A stretch of 64,000 nucleotides of DNA from Candidatus Heimdallarchaeota archaeon (GTDB lineage Archaea > Asgardarchaeota > Heimdallarchaeia > JABLTI01): assembly GCA_019058165.1 (NCBI GenBank), contig JAHLVZ010000002.1:16048-80047 (forward strand). The letters run 5' to 3'. Position numbers and translations under genes: made by a program. Shown in pieces: positions 20,201-29,128 of the stretch. The notes below the pieces were generated by a model that was not told where the DNA came from, did no database searches, and worked only from the letters and a program-made list of their open reading frames with translations. Each line of letters starts with the position of its first letter. The stretch's first letter is position 1.

Positions 20201-21811
20201 TCACTTTTTTTTTGTCTGAAAGAATGTTTTGAGATATAATTGTAAAACGGTATTATGTATTTGATTAATATTAGAGGTTTTCACATCGAAATATTCGCAG
20301 AGAGTATCTGGAATGTTAGAAGCTTCGTCTCGACTGGAATGGATTAGAAGATATCTATTTCGGCGTGATAGATTCTTGACTAAACTTAGTAATTTGTTAG
20401 ACGGTTGTAGAGACAATCTAGCATGCGATCTCCGAGAACGAAAATACGTCAGATTATTAGTATCAAGAAAAACCATCAGATGATTGGGTGCTGCAGGAAG
20501 CTTCGGTAAAAGTTTCTCCAATAAGGATAGCGGTAGACTATCACGATATTCATATGATGCTAGAAGTCCTTTAGATATTCCAAGAAAATCAGCCATCTCT
20601 TTTTGTGTCAGTGACCAGAGTTTTCGAGCTGATTGTAGGAATTTCGCACACTTGATAACATGAAGTGAAGAAAACTGAGAAAAGTCAAAATATTGCGTAC
20701 CATTAAACGTTAGAATTGCTCCATGTTTATAATCAATATACTGATGATCAGTTGAACTGGATGCTAGATTATATCTTCGGAGAGAAAGATAGGTTTCGAA
20801 TTCTCTCTTCTTTATTGGATGTCGAGGGTGTAAGAGTCTGGAGAGAATTGCTTTTGACTTAGCCTTAATATTAACAGTAAATCCCACACCGAAATCTGTT
20901 TGCCGTTCAGAAAAAGCCTGGCTTATACCAAAGTCTGTTAAAACATGAATGAATTCTAGAGCAAAAAATTTTGAAGAAGTACTAAAACTTACACTTCTTT
21001 TATAGCTCCCATCTGCATCCAACACACCAGACCAAAACTGCCAACGAAGAGAGTCATCAGATTGAAAGATAAGAGGTTCTCGTAATGCGGGATATTTCTT
21101 CCCGGTTATTGGTTGATCTGTAAGGAAATTAGTTAATCGAACAAGCCATTTATTGTTTAGATGTAATAACCATGTTTTCTTCTCACCGGAAATAGTCCCT
21201 TCAATTCCGAAAAGCTTCTTTGCTATAGCTTGAAGCATAAGCATGTGTTCTTTTGAAAAGTCTACTAATTCTATATTGTGAAAGTTAAGATGTCCATCAC
21301 CGATAACTACTCCTAAGAAATATGCTAGATCGCTTGTTAATCTTGTTGGTAAATGAAAATGTTCTCCACGAGCAGATTGAAAAGGAACAAATTCTTGGAT
21401 TAGAAAATCTTGCCACTGATCACATAACCGGAAGAGGGGAAATGGCAACCGTTTTTGATTATCCAAGTAATTAATTAGTTTAGTTTGCCATTTCTTTATT
21501 GAATAATCGATTGCTGTTTTCTGAAAGTAATAATGACATCGTTCAGCTAACAGAAGAGTCGCTTTTCGCATTTTATTTGTTAAAGAATCAGATAAGGTGA
21601 CATAGGGAAAGCTTTGTAATAATCGTTTACCTGATTGAAAATCTATTTTTCGAAGCATTATAGCAAAAAGATTGAGAATATTTGGTTGAAGAAAGATTGT
21701 ATCTTGAACTTGTCTTTCAATTAATTTGTTTGCAGTTAACCATTGATTCTTAGAAGTCGGGATAGTATCAATGAGCATTGGGTCATTTTGCCAATTGAGA
21801 GTCTTAAACAT
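20201..21811 (-). CDS. free-standing double-LAGLIDADG domain protein fused to an XRE-type HTH
   Basis: LAYFLGVVIGDGHL and WSGVLDADGSY (two LAGLIDADG motifs). These are followed by LTQKEMADFLGISKGLLASYE (HTH). No host gene or intein context. Confidence 0.7.
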   Translation of the reverse strand: MFKTLNWQNDPMLIDTIPTSKNQWLTANKLIERQVQDTIFLQPNILNLFAIMLRKIDFQSGKRLLQSFPYVTLSDSLTNKMRKATLLLAERCHYYFQKTAIDYSIKKWQTKLINYLDNQKRLPFPLFRLCDQWQDFLIQEFVPFQSARGEHFHLPTRLTSDLAYFLGVVIGDGHLNFHNIELVDFSKEHMLMLQAIAKKLFGIEGTISGEKKTWLLHLNNKWLVRLTNFLTDQPITGKKYPALREPLIFQSDDSLRWQFWSGVLDADGSYKRSVSFSTSSKFFALEFIHVLTDFGISQAFSERQTDFGVGFTVNIKAKSKAILSRLLHPRHPIKKREFETYLSLRRYNLASSSTDHQYIDYKHGAILTFNGTQYFDFSQFSSLHVIKCAKFLQSARKLWSLTQKEMADFLGISKGLLASYEYRDSLPLSLLEKLLPKLPAAPNHLMVFLDTNNLTYFRSRRSHARLSLQPSNKLLSLVKNLSRRNRYLLIHSSRDEASNIPDTLCEYFDVKTSNINQIHNTVLQLYLKTFFQTKKK

Positions 21812-21980
21812 ATTCTTTCTCCTACCATTTTATTCCAATTTGCTTTCTTAAATACCTCTTAGAAAAGCTGTACGGAAAATTAATTATTTAACTATTCTTT
21901 TAAACAAATGATAATACTTTCAGCTAACCCTTTATAAAAACTACATATATCTAGTGGTATTTATACATTGTTGAATAAAA

Positions 21981-23177
21981 ATGGCAAAACGAGTAGCTCG
22001 AATTCAACTACCATCCACAAAACTCTTCGAGGAACTTACATTTCTTGCTAAGAATCTCTACAATTCAGCCACTTACTTAGTTCGACAAACATTCTTTGAA
22101 ACAGGCAACATTCTGCGATATTATTCAATCTGGAACAAGATGAGAGAAAAAGAGGATTACAAGAAACTTGAGGAGAGAGCAGGAAGCCATACACCACAGC
22201 AACTCTTACGGATGGTGGAAGCAACTTGGGAAGGATACAAAGCAGCGAAAGAGGATTGGCGCATTAATCCTGAGAAATACCTCGGAAAACCAAAGATACC
22301 GGGTTACTTACCAAAGAATGGTCGATTCATTGTAGTTTGGTCGGAGCAACAAGTAAGAATTAGAGAAGGGAAAGTGAAGGTAGTAGAGAGACTCATGAAG
22401 GAAGGTTTTCCAGCGATCCCAACAGAAAAACTACCAGTCACTGAAACAAATATTGCTATCGTCCGCTTAAAGCCATTCTTCGATAAATTCATGTTGGAGT
22501 TAGTGTATGAAAAGGAAGTACCGACAATCAAAGTAAGAGAGGAACAAAAGATTCTTGGACTGGACTTAGGTGTTAACAACCTCGTAGCCACGTCAGATGG
22601 GTTACTCATCAAGGGCGGGGTTGTCAAGTCGATCAACCAATTCTTCAACAAGCAAAAAGCAAAGATGCAAGCACAGCTAAGCAAGCAAGGACTTACGACT
22701 AGTAAGAAAAAACAAAAGCTAATGCGTTGGCGTCATGATAAACTACATGACCTATTTCATAAAGCATCAAGAGCGATTATTCAACACTGCCTTGAGAACA
22801 ACATTTCCTCACTGGTCATTGGTCGCAACAAAAATTGGAAACAAAACATCAGAATGGGCAGGAAGATTAACCAGAAATTCACCAATGTTCCTTTCCACAA
22901 ACTCGTAAAGATGCTGCAGTACAAAGCAGAGGAGCAAGGAATAGAAATCACACTCATTACAGAAGAATACACCTCTCAAACATGTTCATGTTGCGGTTAC
23001 CGTTCACGAAGCAACCGCAAGTACCGAGGATTGTTTGTTTGCAAAAAATGCAAACTAGTTATTAACGCTGATGTCAATGCAGCAAGAAATATTGCCAAAA
23101 AAGCATTCCCTGAGTCCCTTTTAGGGATAGGGGATAGTGGCTGTGTGGCGCAGCCAACAAAGCTTATTGCTTTGTGA
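21981..23177 (+). CDS. tnpB: TnpB (OrfB) RNA-guided nuclease / IS605-family transposase accessory protein
   Basis: RuvC-I LDLGVNNLVATSDG, RuvC-II EEYTSQTC, zinc ribbon CSCCG...CKKC, RuvC-III NADVNAARNI. Confidence 0.9.
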   Translation: MAKRVARIQLPSTKLFEELTFLAKNLYNSATYLVRQTFFETGNILRYYSIWNKMREKEDYKKLEERAGSHTPQQLLRMVEATWEGYKAAKEDWRINPEKYLGKPKIPGYLPKNGRFIVVWSEQQVRIREGKVKVVERLMKEGFPAIPTEKLPVTETNIAIVRLKPFFDKFMLELVYEKEVPTIKVREEQKILGLDLGVNNLVATSDGLLIKGGVVKSINQFFNKQKAKMQAQLSKQGLTTSKKKQKLMRWRHDKLHDLFHKASRAIIQHCLENNISSLVIGRNKNWKQNIRMGRKINQKFTNVPFHKLVKMLQYKAEEQGIEITLITEEYTSQTCSCCGYRSRSNRKYRGLFVCKKCKLVINADVNAARNIAKKAFPESLLGIGDSGCVAQPTKLIAL

Positions 23178-23215
23178 ATTTTTGTATACAAATAATGTCA
23201 TTAGCAAACGGAATA
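23040..23215 (+). ncRNA. candidate omega (re)RNA scaffold of TnpB
   Basis: By analogy with known TnpB loci, the guide RNA overlaps the 3' end of tnpB and the right end of the element. Local hairpins are seen (TCCCT-TTTT-AGGGA, GGCTG-TGTGGCG-CAGCC). The extent is not determined. Confidence 0.3.
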
Positions 23216-23216
23216 C

Positions 23217-23224
23217 TTTTTAAA
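23217..23224 (+). promoter_or_regulatory. TATA-box-like element upstream of the SRP RNA
   Basis: TTTTTAAA lies about 23-30 nt upstream of the predicted SRP RNA 5' end at 23247. This is typical archaeal spacing. Confidence 0.4.
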
Positions 23225-23246
23225 GGTGAAAATCACAAAAAATCTT

Positions 23247-23554
23247 GGCAAGTCTAAGCGGAGAGCTAGGGCTCCTCTATAACGGCAAATGCTCTTAGCC
23301 GGCTGAAGACCTAAGTTGAGGTGATGAGATTAATTCAAGCGCCCAACAGAAGCCGTCGAAACGACGTCCTAGAAGATGTTTAATCGTAGAGACCTTCACC
23401 GGAGGGTAAGGTTAGAAAGCGTAGGGACCAAATCGGTTAGGCACGGAAGTGAGCGGCCGTCCGTCCTGTTAGGCATGCCTCTGGGGTTGCGGCGTGGAGG
23501 TAACTGTTGGTCAGCGGGGTTTTAATTAAGTCATCGAACTTTGGGACTTGCCAC
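23247..23554 (+). ncRNA. ffs: signal recognition particle RNA (archaeal 7S RNA)
   Basis: The termini pair (GGCAAGTC / GACTTGCC). Alu-domain features are present: CTAAG/CTTAG helix 2 enclosing two hairpins and a UAUAAC turn. The helix-8 motif AGGCACGGAAGTGAGCGGCC matches the conserved AGGUCCGGAAGGAAGCAGCC. The region is GC-rich and followed by a T-run. Confidence 0.75.
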
Positions 23555-23583
23555 TTTTTATTAAAGTAATATTTACAGTTATC

Positions 23584-24207
23584 TTATTTAGTTTTCAGAT
23601 CAATGACTTCAATTGGATCATCGTTAAATGTGGTAGCAATGAGAACCAATATTTTTTGTCCATCTAATGTTTCCCCACCAACAATATTTATTCCTGTTTT
23701 TGTTGAGAGGATAAAATTTATCATTTCTTTTGGATTCAGATACTTTTGATTAAGTAAATCAAATTTCTCTTTATATTCCCCATAAATTGTTTGTTCCCAC
23801 ATTTTCTTAATAGTAATTTCTTTTTCTATTTTCATGACTTTTCTATTCTGAGGTATTTCAAGTAATGTTTTGTTATCGTCATCCATCTTAGCTGGAAATT
23901 TCTTTACCAAGAATCCTCTAACAACATTTGTTTTTGATGAAATCGCTGTTTCAATTTGCAATGAAAGAAATGGATCCTCTTCTTTCATAAACAAGACCTG
24001 AAAAGCAAGATCTTGTGCCTGGGTTATTTTTCCTGCTAACATGTATCTAGCAATGCTTTTTGCAATTATTTTTGGAGCAGCTCTTCTCTCTTCCCCTTCC
24101 TCTCGTAAGCTCTTAGTACCTATATTTTCATATATTTTAGCAGCTTCCACATTCTTCCCTTGTGCTTCAAGCTGTTCTGCTATCTCTAATTGCTCTTTGT
24201 ATTTCAT
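23584..24207 (-). CDS. hypothetical protein
   Basis: 207-aa ORF with a helical N-terminus. No motif recognised. Confidence 0.4.
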   Translation of the reverse strand: MKYKEQLEIAEQLEAQGKNVEAAKIYENIGTKSLREEGEERRAAPKIIAKSIARYMLAGKITQAQDLAFQVLFMKEEDPFLSLQIETAISSKTNVVRGFLVKKFPAKMDDDNKTLLEIPQNRKVMKIEKEITIKKMWEQTIYGEYKEKFDLLNQKYLNPKEMINFILSTKTGINIVGGETLDGQKILVLIATTFNDDPIEVIDLKTK

Positions 24208-24354
24208 AATTTAGCGACTCCTAGTTAAGGTTGAATTATATCTAATTACTCTTGTTCAACTAATTCTCTATTAACATTCAATATTAAGAATTTGTTGTTT
24301 TGAACAAAGAATTAACAAAAAAGAAAAAAATGAAAAATTGAGCAGGAACTAAAA

Positions 24355-24576
24355 TTACCTGCTTCTTCTTCGTCTACGGGATCTGCCACCAGTGAGAATC
24401 TTTTGCTCGTATCTTTCTGTCCATTTGAGTTTCCTTGGATTTCGTTTGAAATCAACCATTGATACTCGACATTTTCTCGAACAGAACCATAAAATCGAAC
24501 CATCATTCTTGACGTACATAGTACCTGTCCCAGGTTCAATTCCGGAAGCACAGAATGCACATGTTTGTTCTTTCAT
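24355..24576 (-). CDS. rpl24e: 50S ribosomal protein L24e
   Basis: [31 protein letters not shown] zinc-ribbon signature of L24e. Confidence 0.9.
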   Translation of the reverse strand: MKEQTCAFCASGIEPGTGTMYVKNDGSILWFCSRKCRVSMVDFKRNPRKLKWTERYEQKILTGGRSRRRRRSR

Positions 24577-24602
24577 TTGTCACATGTCTCCTTGATAATT
24601 TC

Positions 24603-24851
24603 TTATCTTCTTCCTCTCATTCTTCGAGCTTCACGTTCTGTTTCTCTTAAGATGAGAATGTCGCCCACTCTTACTGGACCTTTGACATTACGTGTTATAA
24701 TTCTCATTCTATCTGGTCCTTCAAGTACTCGTACTTTACATTGAAGAACTTCACCAGTGACACCTGTGCGAGCTACTACTTGCACTATTTCTGCAGGATA
24801 GGAATTATCTTGAGTTGTTCTATCTGCATTTTGAGATCTTCGACCGCTCAT
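24603..24851 (-). CDS. rps28e: 30S ribosomal protein S28e
   Basis: [50 protein letters not shown] is a typical S28e sequence. Confidence 0.9.
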   Translation of the reverse strand: MSGRRSQNADRTTQDNSYPAEIVQVVARTGVTGEVLQCKVRVLEGPDRMRIITRNVKGPVRVGDILILRETEREARRMRGRR

Positions 24852-24881
24852 AGTGTATCACATTCCAATTTTTAGGTTCCT

Positions 24882-25253
24882 TTATTTCTTCAATGCCACT
24901 AGTTTTTTAACAAGAGCATCTAAAGCATCTTTAGCATTGCCTGGATGAGTAATTCCAGCACTTGCGGAAGGACGGTCTAAGCCAATAGCCTTACCAATAT
25001 CTTTCATAGAACCACAAACAACATATGGTATATTTTTCTCTTCACAGAGAAGTGGTAAGTGCATAACAATTTCTTGAGGTTGGACATCAGTGGCAATTAA
25101 AACTAACTTAGCTTGATTTCTTTCTATAGCTTTAGTAGTTTCATTGGTACCTTTCTTGGTTTTGCCAGTGTCTCGAGCTTTCTCAAGAACTTTCAAGGCT
25201 TCTTGTTTCAATTCTTCGGGCACATCTACATTTACATAGAATGGTTTGCTCAT
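24882..25253 (-). CDS. rpl7ae: 50S ribosomal protein L7Ae (kink-turn binding)
   Basis: [15 protein letters not shown]...[23 protein letters not shown] is typical L7Ae. The start is placed at the internal ATG (25253) because a GGAGGA Shine-Dalgarno-like motif lies about 10 nt upstream. Confidence 0.9.
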   Translation of the reverse strand: MSKPFYVNVDVPEELKQEALKVLEKARDTGKTKKGTNETTKAIERNQAKLVLIATDVQPQEIVMHLPLLCEEKNIPYVVCGSMKDIGKAIGLDRPSASAGITHPGNAKDALDALVKKLVALKK

Positions 25254-25385
25254 TAATAGTATTCCTCCTCGAGCTTCCTCATCGCAAATCAACATTGATA
25301 AATTGATTTACTAGTCATCGCTTGAGGTAAATTTCCTAATTCGGTGACAAAAGAATCAACATTTTAAATCTTTCCTTAAGAAAGA

Positions 25386-26213
25386 TTATTTCTGTTTTTG
25401 TTTTTTACGAACAACAATTATTTCATCCATTAATTGTTCAAAACTAAGATTGATATTTGAAGCTAGTTGTTTAAGAGAATCTGCTGCAAGCTTTGTTAAT
25501 TCAGCATCTTTTTCTTTTTTCTTACTTTCTTCAGTTTCCATGATTTGGAGTAAAGCATCACCAAATCGTAATACGATTGTTTTGTTTTTCAAAGGTGTTT
25601 TACATAAAGCACGTGCGACAACTTTCTGGAAGTTTTTATTTGTAGTTGATTCAAGAAGATCTAAAACTAATTGTAAACCCGCTAAATGGCCAGTATAAAT
25701 TAATACTTCGATTGCACGACCTCTAATTTTTCCTTCGGTATTAGGATTGTTAATTACTTGTATTAAACATTCAACACTCTTTGTATCTGCAATCTCGCCC
25801 AGCAAATTAAGAGCCATAATTCTCATTTCAAAGAATTCTCCACTATCCTCAATTGTACTTGTCAATATCGAAGGTAAATCACTACCTTTGATTTTAACTA
25901 ATGCTTCTTTCGTATGATAGGATATGGTTTTATCTTTCTCACTGAGAGCTTGCCGTAAAGCTGCAATTAGCGCCCAAGTTGCTCGAGGATCTCCAAGTTT
26001 ACCAAGAAGAACAGCAGCAAATCGTCTTATTTCAGGATGAGAATCATTTTGCAAAGCTTTAATCAATGGATCAACTGATCTTTCCTTTCCAAGTCTAAAC
26101 AGCTTGCTAGCTGCACCAAAACGTTTGTTCCAATCTGGATCACTTTCAAGAGTTATAATGAGTGGTCCAAGCTCTTCTTTAAATGGTGATTCGTCTTCAA
26201 GTGAGTGATTCAT
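25386..26213 (-). CDS. HEAT-repeat (PBS-lyase-like) protein
   Basis: Repeated D..(I/V)R..AA..LGK.GD..A...LI units. Confidence 0.7.
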   Translation of the reverse strand: MNHSLEDESPFKEELGPLIITLESDPDWNKRFGAASKLFRLGKERSVDPLIKALQNDSHPEIRRFAAVLLGKLGDPRATWALIAALRQALSEKDKTISYHTKEALVKIKGSDLPSILTSTIEDSGEFFEMRIMALNLLGEIADTKSVECLIQVINNPNTEGKIRGRAIEVLIYTGHLAGLQLVLDLLESTTNKNFQKVVARALCKTPLKNKTIVLRFGDALLQIMETEESKKKEKDAELTKLAADSLKQLASNINLSFEQLMDEIIVVRKKQKQK

Positions 26214-26218
26214 AGATA

Positions 26219-27412
26219 CTAGCCTCGTAAATTAATCATTTCAAGCTCTTCTTCTAGTCCTCTGACGGTCAGCCATTCAGCTGTTTTTCCTGTAACTGTC
26301 ATAGGAGCAAATTGTAGACCTTCTAATTCCTCAGCACCAACTAAAAACATGGCTGTCTTTAATTCGTAAATAAACTGTTCCACCCAATTAATTAATTGTT
26401 TTTCTGTTCCGGTAGCAGCTAAACAAGCTAAAGGTAATGCAATTCCTACAAGCTTTGCGCCGATAGCTAAAGCTTTTGCGGCTTGTAAACCATTTCTTAT
26501 TCCGCCTGATGATATGATTTCAACCATATCTTGGAATTTACTTACTTCGATAGTACTAACCGCAGTAGGAAGTCCCCAATCTTTGAATAATTCGCCAGCC
26601 TTTTGTTGTTTGGTAAGACCCTGTTGTTTTGCACGGATTGCTTCTATTTGAGACCAACTTGTTCCTCCAGCACCTGCAACATCAATAGCTAGAATGCCGC
26701 CATCAATTAAGTCCAGAGCAATATCTCGGGATATCCCAGAACCCACTTCCTTAACAATAAGTGGTTGTTTGAGTTCCTTACCTATTCCCTTAATCTTTAC
26801 AGTTAGATTGCTGAAATTAGTATTTCCTTCTGGTTGGATAACTTCCTGTAGCGGATTTAGATGCAAGATTAGTGCATCAGCATTTATCATTTCTACGGCT
26901 TTTTCTGCATGCTTAATTGTAAAATCATAATTGAATTGAACAGCTCCTAAATTTGCTGCTACGAAAGCATTTGGAGCTTGTTGGCGAATAACTGCGAAGG
27001 AATCTGTATCAGCTTCTTCTTCTAAAGCTCCTCTTTGGCTTCCAACACCAATTCCAATTTTATATTTCTCAGCGAGTTTAGCAAGTCGCGTGTTTATCTT
27101 TTTAGCGAGTTTTGTTCCACCGGTAATAGACGAGATAAAAATTGGATAATCAAAATCATGTTTTAGAAATTCAGTATTCAGGTTAATATCATCAAAATTG
27201 ATATCTGGTAAAGCATTTGGAACAAAATGAATATCCTCAAAACCAGTAGTAACCGACATTTCTATTTCATGTAATTTATTACAGCAGATTTCAATATGAT
27301 CTTGTTTTCTATTTCTTGTTTCATCAGACTTCTTCTGGTTAGTCATACTGAAAGTACCTCGTGTAGTAGATTTAGTCATTGATGTTAACCCAATAATGAT
27401 TCTTAATTCCAC
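26219..27412 (-). CDS. fni: isopentenyl-diphosphate delta-isomerase, type 2 (FMN-dependent)
   Basis: N-terminal RKQDHIEIC, an FMN TIM-barrel pattern, and SGGIRNG. The true start is probably an internal ATG (about 27346-27379). Confidence 0.85.
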   Translation of the reverse strand: MELRIIIGLTSMTKSTTRGTFSMTNQKKSDETRNRKQDHIEICCNKLHEIEMSVTTGFEDIHFVPNALPDINFDDINLNTEFLKHDFDYPIFISSITGGTKLAKKINTRLAKLAEKYKIGIGVGSQRGALEEEADTDSFAVIRQQAPNAFVAANLGAVQFNYDFTIKHAEKAVEMINADALILHLNPLQEVIQPEGNTNFSNLTVKIKGIGKELKQPLIVKEVGSGISRDIALDLIDGGILAIDVAGAGGTSWSQIEAIRAKQQGLTKQQKAGELFKDWGLPTAVSTIEVSKFQDMVEIISSGGIRNGLQAAKALAIGAKLVGIALPLACLAATGTEKQLINWVEQFIYELKTAMFLVGAEELEGLQFAPMTVTGKTAEWLTVRGLEEELEMINLRG

Positions 27413-27455
27413 ATGAAAAATAGTCGAACTAGTTTAAATGTTTTAGTTCGGGTTT

Positions 27456-28184
27456 TTACAGAGAATCTAGCATCTCATTATCGTCTTTATAACCTAGTTT
27501 TTGAGCGATGTTATGTAAAGCTTCTGCTGCTGCAGCTTGAGTAAGTTTAAAATCATCATTTTCCAATGCTGTGGTTAATAATTCTACGGATTTAATATCC
27601 CCTAATTTAGCAATTATTCCAGTGATATGGCTTTTAACTTCATCAGAATCCTCATTTTGAAATATAACCAAAATATCGTCAAGAATAGATTCGTCTGAAC
27701 AATTTTGTAAAGCAGCTGCTGCTTGAACTCTTACTTCTTCTGATGGATCCTCTTTTAGGTGTCTCAGAATTAGGGAAGTAAATTCCTTTGATCCAATCTT
27801 ACCAAAAGCATCAATTATTGCTTCTCTCACCCAAATTGATTCATCTCTTTCCAAAATAGGGATCATTAATTTCGCAGCAGAAATGTTTTCGAGATTACCA
27901 ATGGAATTTGCAATAGCTATTCTAACAATGGGCGATATTTCTTCTTCTATTATCAAACCTAATTCCTTAGGTATTCTCTTATTTCCGTAAAATTTCCCTA
28001 AAGCTCTAGCTGCTGATGCTCGAACATCTTCGGAATCATCTTCCATTAAAGACTTCAATAAAGGATCAATTGCTTCCTCATCTTCAGTTTCCCCAAGAGC
28101 TTTTGCGGCTTCACCTCGAGTTGCCTCATCCCAATCTACAAGTTCTTCTATAAACTCTTCAAGGCTTCTCTTATTAGACCCCAA
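27456..28184 (-). CDS. HEAT-repeat protein
   Basis: Repeated DE.VR..AA.ALG units. TTG start in the ORF track. Confidence 0.7.
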   Translation of the reverse strand: MGSNKRSLEEFIEELVDWDEATRGEAAKALGETEDEEAIDPLLKSLMEDDSEDVRASAARALGKFYGNKRIPKELGLIIEEEISPIVRIAIANSIGNLENISAAKLMIPILERDESIWVREAIIDAFGKIGSKEFTSLILRHLKEDPSEEVRVQAAAALQNCSDESILDDILVIFQNEDSDEVKSHITGIIAKLGDIKSVELLTTALENDDFKLTQAAAAEALHNIAQKLGYKDDNEMLDSL

Positions 28185-28288
28185 GGCACTGCACCTAAAT
28201 TAAGTTTCTACACACTTTATTCAAATAACTTTCTCTTAAAGCAATAAAGTATGAAAATCTGTAAAATAAATAGAAAAACTGGGTTTTT

Positions 28289-29128
28289 CTAGGGTATAAG
28301 AGTCAAGACCAATACTATGCCTACAAGTATTAAACTCAATATTGTTGTGAAAAGCAAAACAAAATTCATTCTCTTTTGTGTATCAATAGTATTCAGTTGT
28401 TTCTCTTGTAGGGCATTAAATTCTTCTTTTGTTACCATTATTTTCTGCATTTTCTCTACATCTGCTCTAACATGAGCTAATCCCTTTTTCCATGATTTAT
28501 CAGCACTCTCGAAATCGCTCTTGCTGAGAAGTTTCTCTTCCGCTAAAAGTTCCATTGAGTCTTTCACATGAATTGATAATTTTTGAACTGTGTTGGTTAC
28601 AATATTTTCAACATTTTCCTCATCTTGAACAAAATCAGTCAACAATTCAAGTAACTCATTTGGATTAGTTAAAACACCAAAATTTACTTCATAATACTTG
28701 TCATTCTTATCAACTCTGAAAAATTTAGCATTGAAATCTTTTTGCTCTCTCGTTTGAGCGAAGGTATTGCCATCACATACCAATGCAACGGCTTCTGGAA
28801 GTAAAGCTTGGTAAATTTTTTGGGTAGCTACATCTGTTCCTGATAGGAATAATCCCATACCAGGATGGGTATGCCAAAAACCAACAATAGTTTCTTTACC
28901 ATCTCTTTTTTCAATTTCCTTTATTATTTGAAACTGTGCCATTTCATCTATTGAGACATGGGTTGGTGTTGAGTTTTTTACTGCATAAGTTGTATCAATA
29001 ATTTTTACTTTCCCATTATCCACTATACCAACTAAATAACCACCAACTTCCCTTTCTGTATTTGATGATGTCCAATCAATTACTCTTGAAAATGCAAGAG
29101 GAGAAATCTCAACTTCAATTTTTGGCAT
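28289..29128 (-). CDS. JAMM/MPN+ metalloprotease with coiled-coil and C-terminal TM anchor
   Basis: The conserved Glu is present (REVGGYLVG). The JAMM motif HTHPGMGLFLSGTD is present. The C-terminal hydrophobic helix is FVLLFTTILSLILVGIVLVLTLI. Confidence 0.8.
   Translation of the reverse strand: MPKIEVEISPLAFSRVIDWTSSNTEREVGGYLVGIVDNGKVKIIDTTYAVKNSTPTHVSIDEMAQFQIIKEIEKRDGKETIVGFWHTHPGMGLFLSGTDVATQKIYQALLPEAVALVCDGNTFAQTREQKDFNAKFFRVDKNDKYYEVNFGVLTNPNELLELLTDFVQDEENVENIVTNTVQKLSIHVKDSMELLAEEKLLSKSDFESADKSWKKGLAHVRADVEKMQKIMVTKEEFNALQEKQLNTIDTQKRMNFVLLFTTILSLILVGIVLVLTLIP

Larger units (their letters stand above)
21930..23215 (+). mobile_element. IS200/IS605-family TnpB-only (IS1341-like) element; ends not determined
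   Basis: Contains tnpB only, with no Y1 TnpA. The boundaries are approximate. The right end must precede the SRP RNA promoter at about 23217. Confidence 0.4.

Noticed and set aside
22304-22684. 126-aa antisense ORF inside tnpB. Similar antisense ORFs lie inside other large genes, for example 3567-3842, 39112-39444, 52710-53111 and 37491-37823.
   Set aside because: They overlap well-supported genes on the opposite strand, have low-complexity S/F/L/I-rich composition typical of antisense reading in AT-rich DNA, and carry no motifs.
23247-23554. Considered RNase P RNA, because of ACAGAAGCC and GGTAAGGTTAGAAAGCG segments reminiscent of the CR-V and CR-II/III regions.
   Set aside because: No GAGGAAAGTCC-like CR-I/P4 strand is present. 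The element order, the Alu-domain-like 5' part and the near-perfect helix-8 GGAA motif fit SRP RNA much better.
24312-24560. 82-aa ORF overlapping the L24e gene in another frame.
   Set aside because: It lies entirely within or next to the strongly recognisable rpl24e frame (24355-24576), has no motif and has odd composition. It is a spurious shadow ORF.
25254-25295. N-terminal extension [14 protein letters not shown] of the L7Ae ORF.
   Set aside because: The extension covers the GGAGGA ribosome-binding-like motif. Archaeal L7Ae proteins start near MSKPFYV, so the internal ATG at 25253 is preferred.
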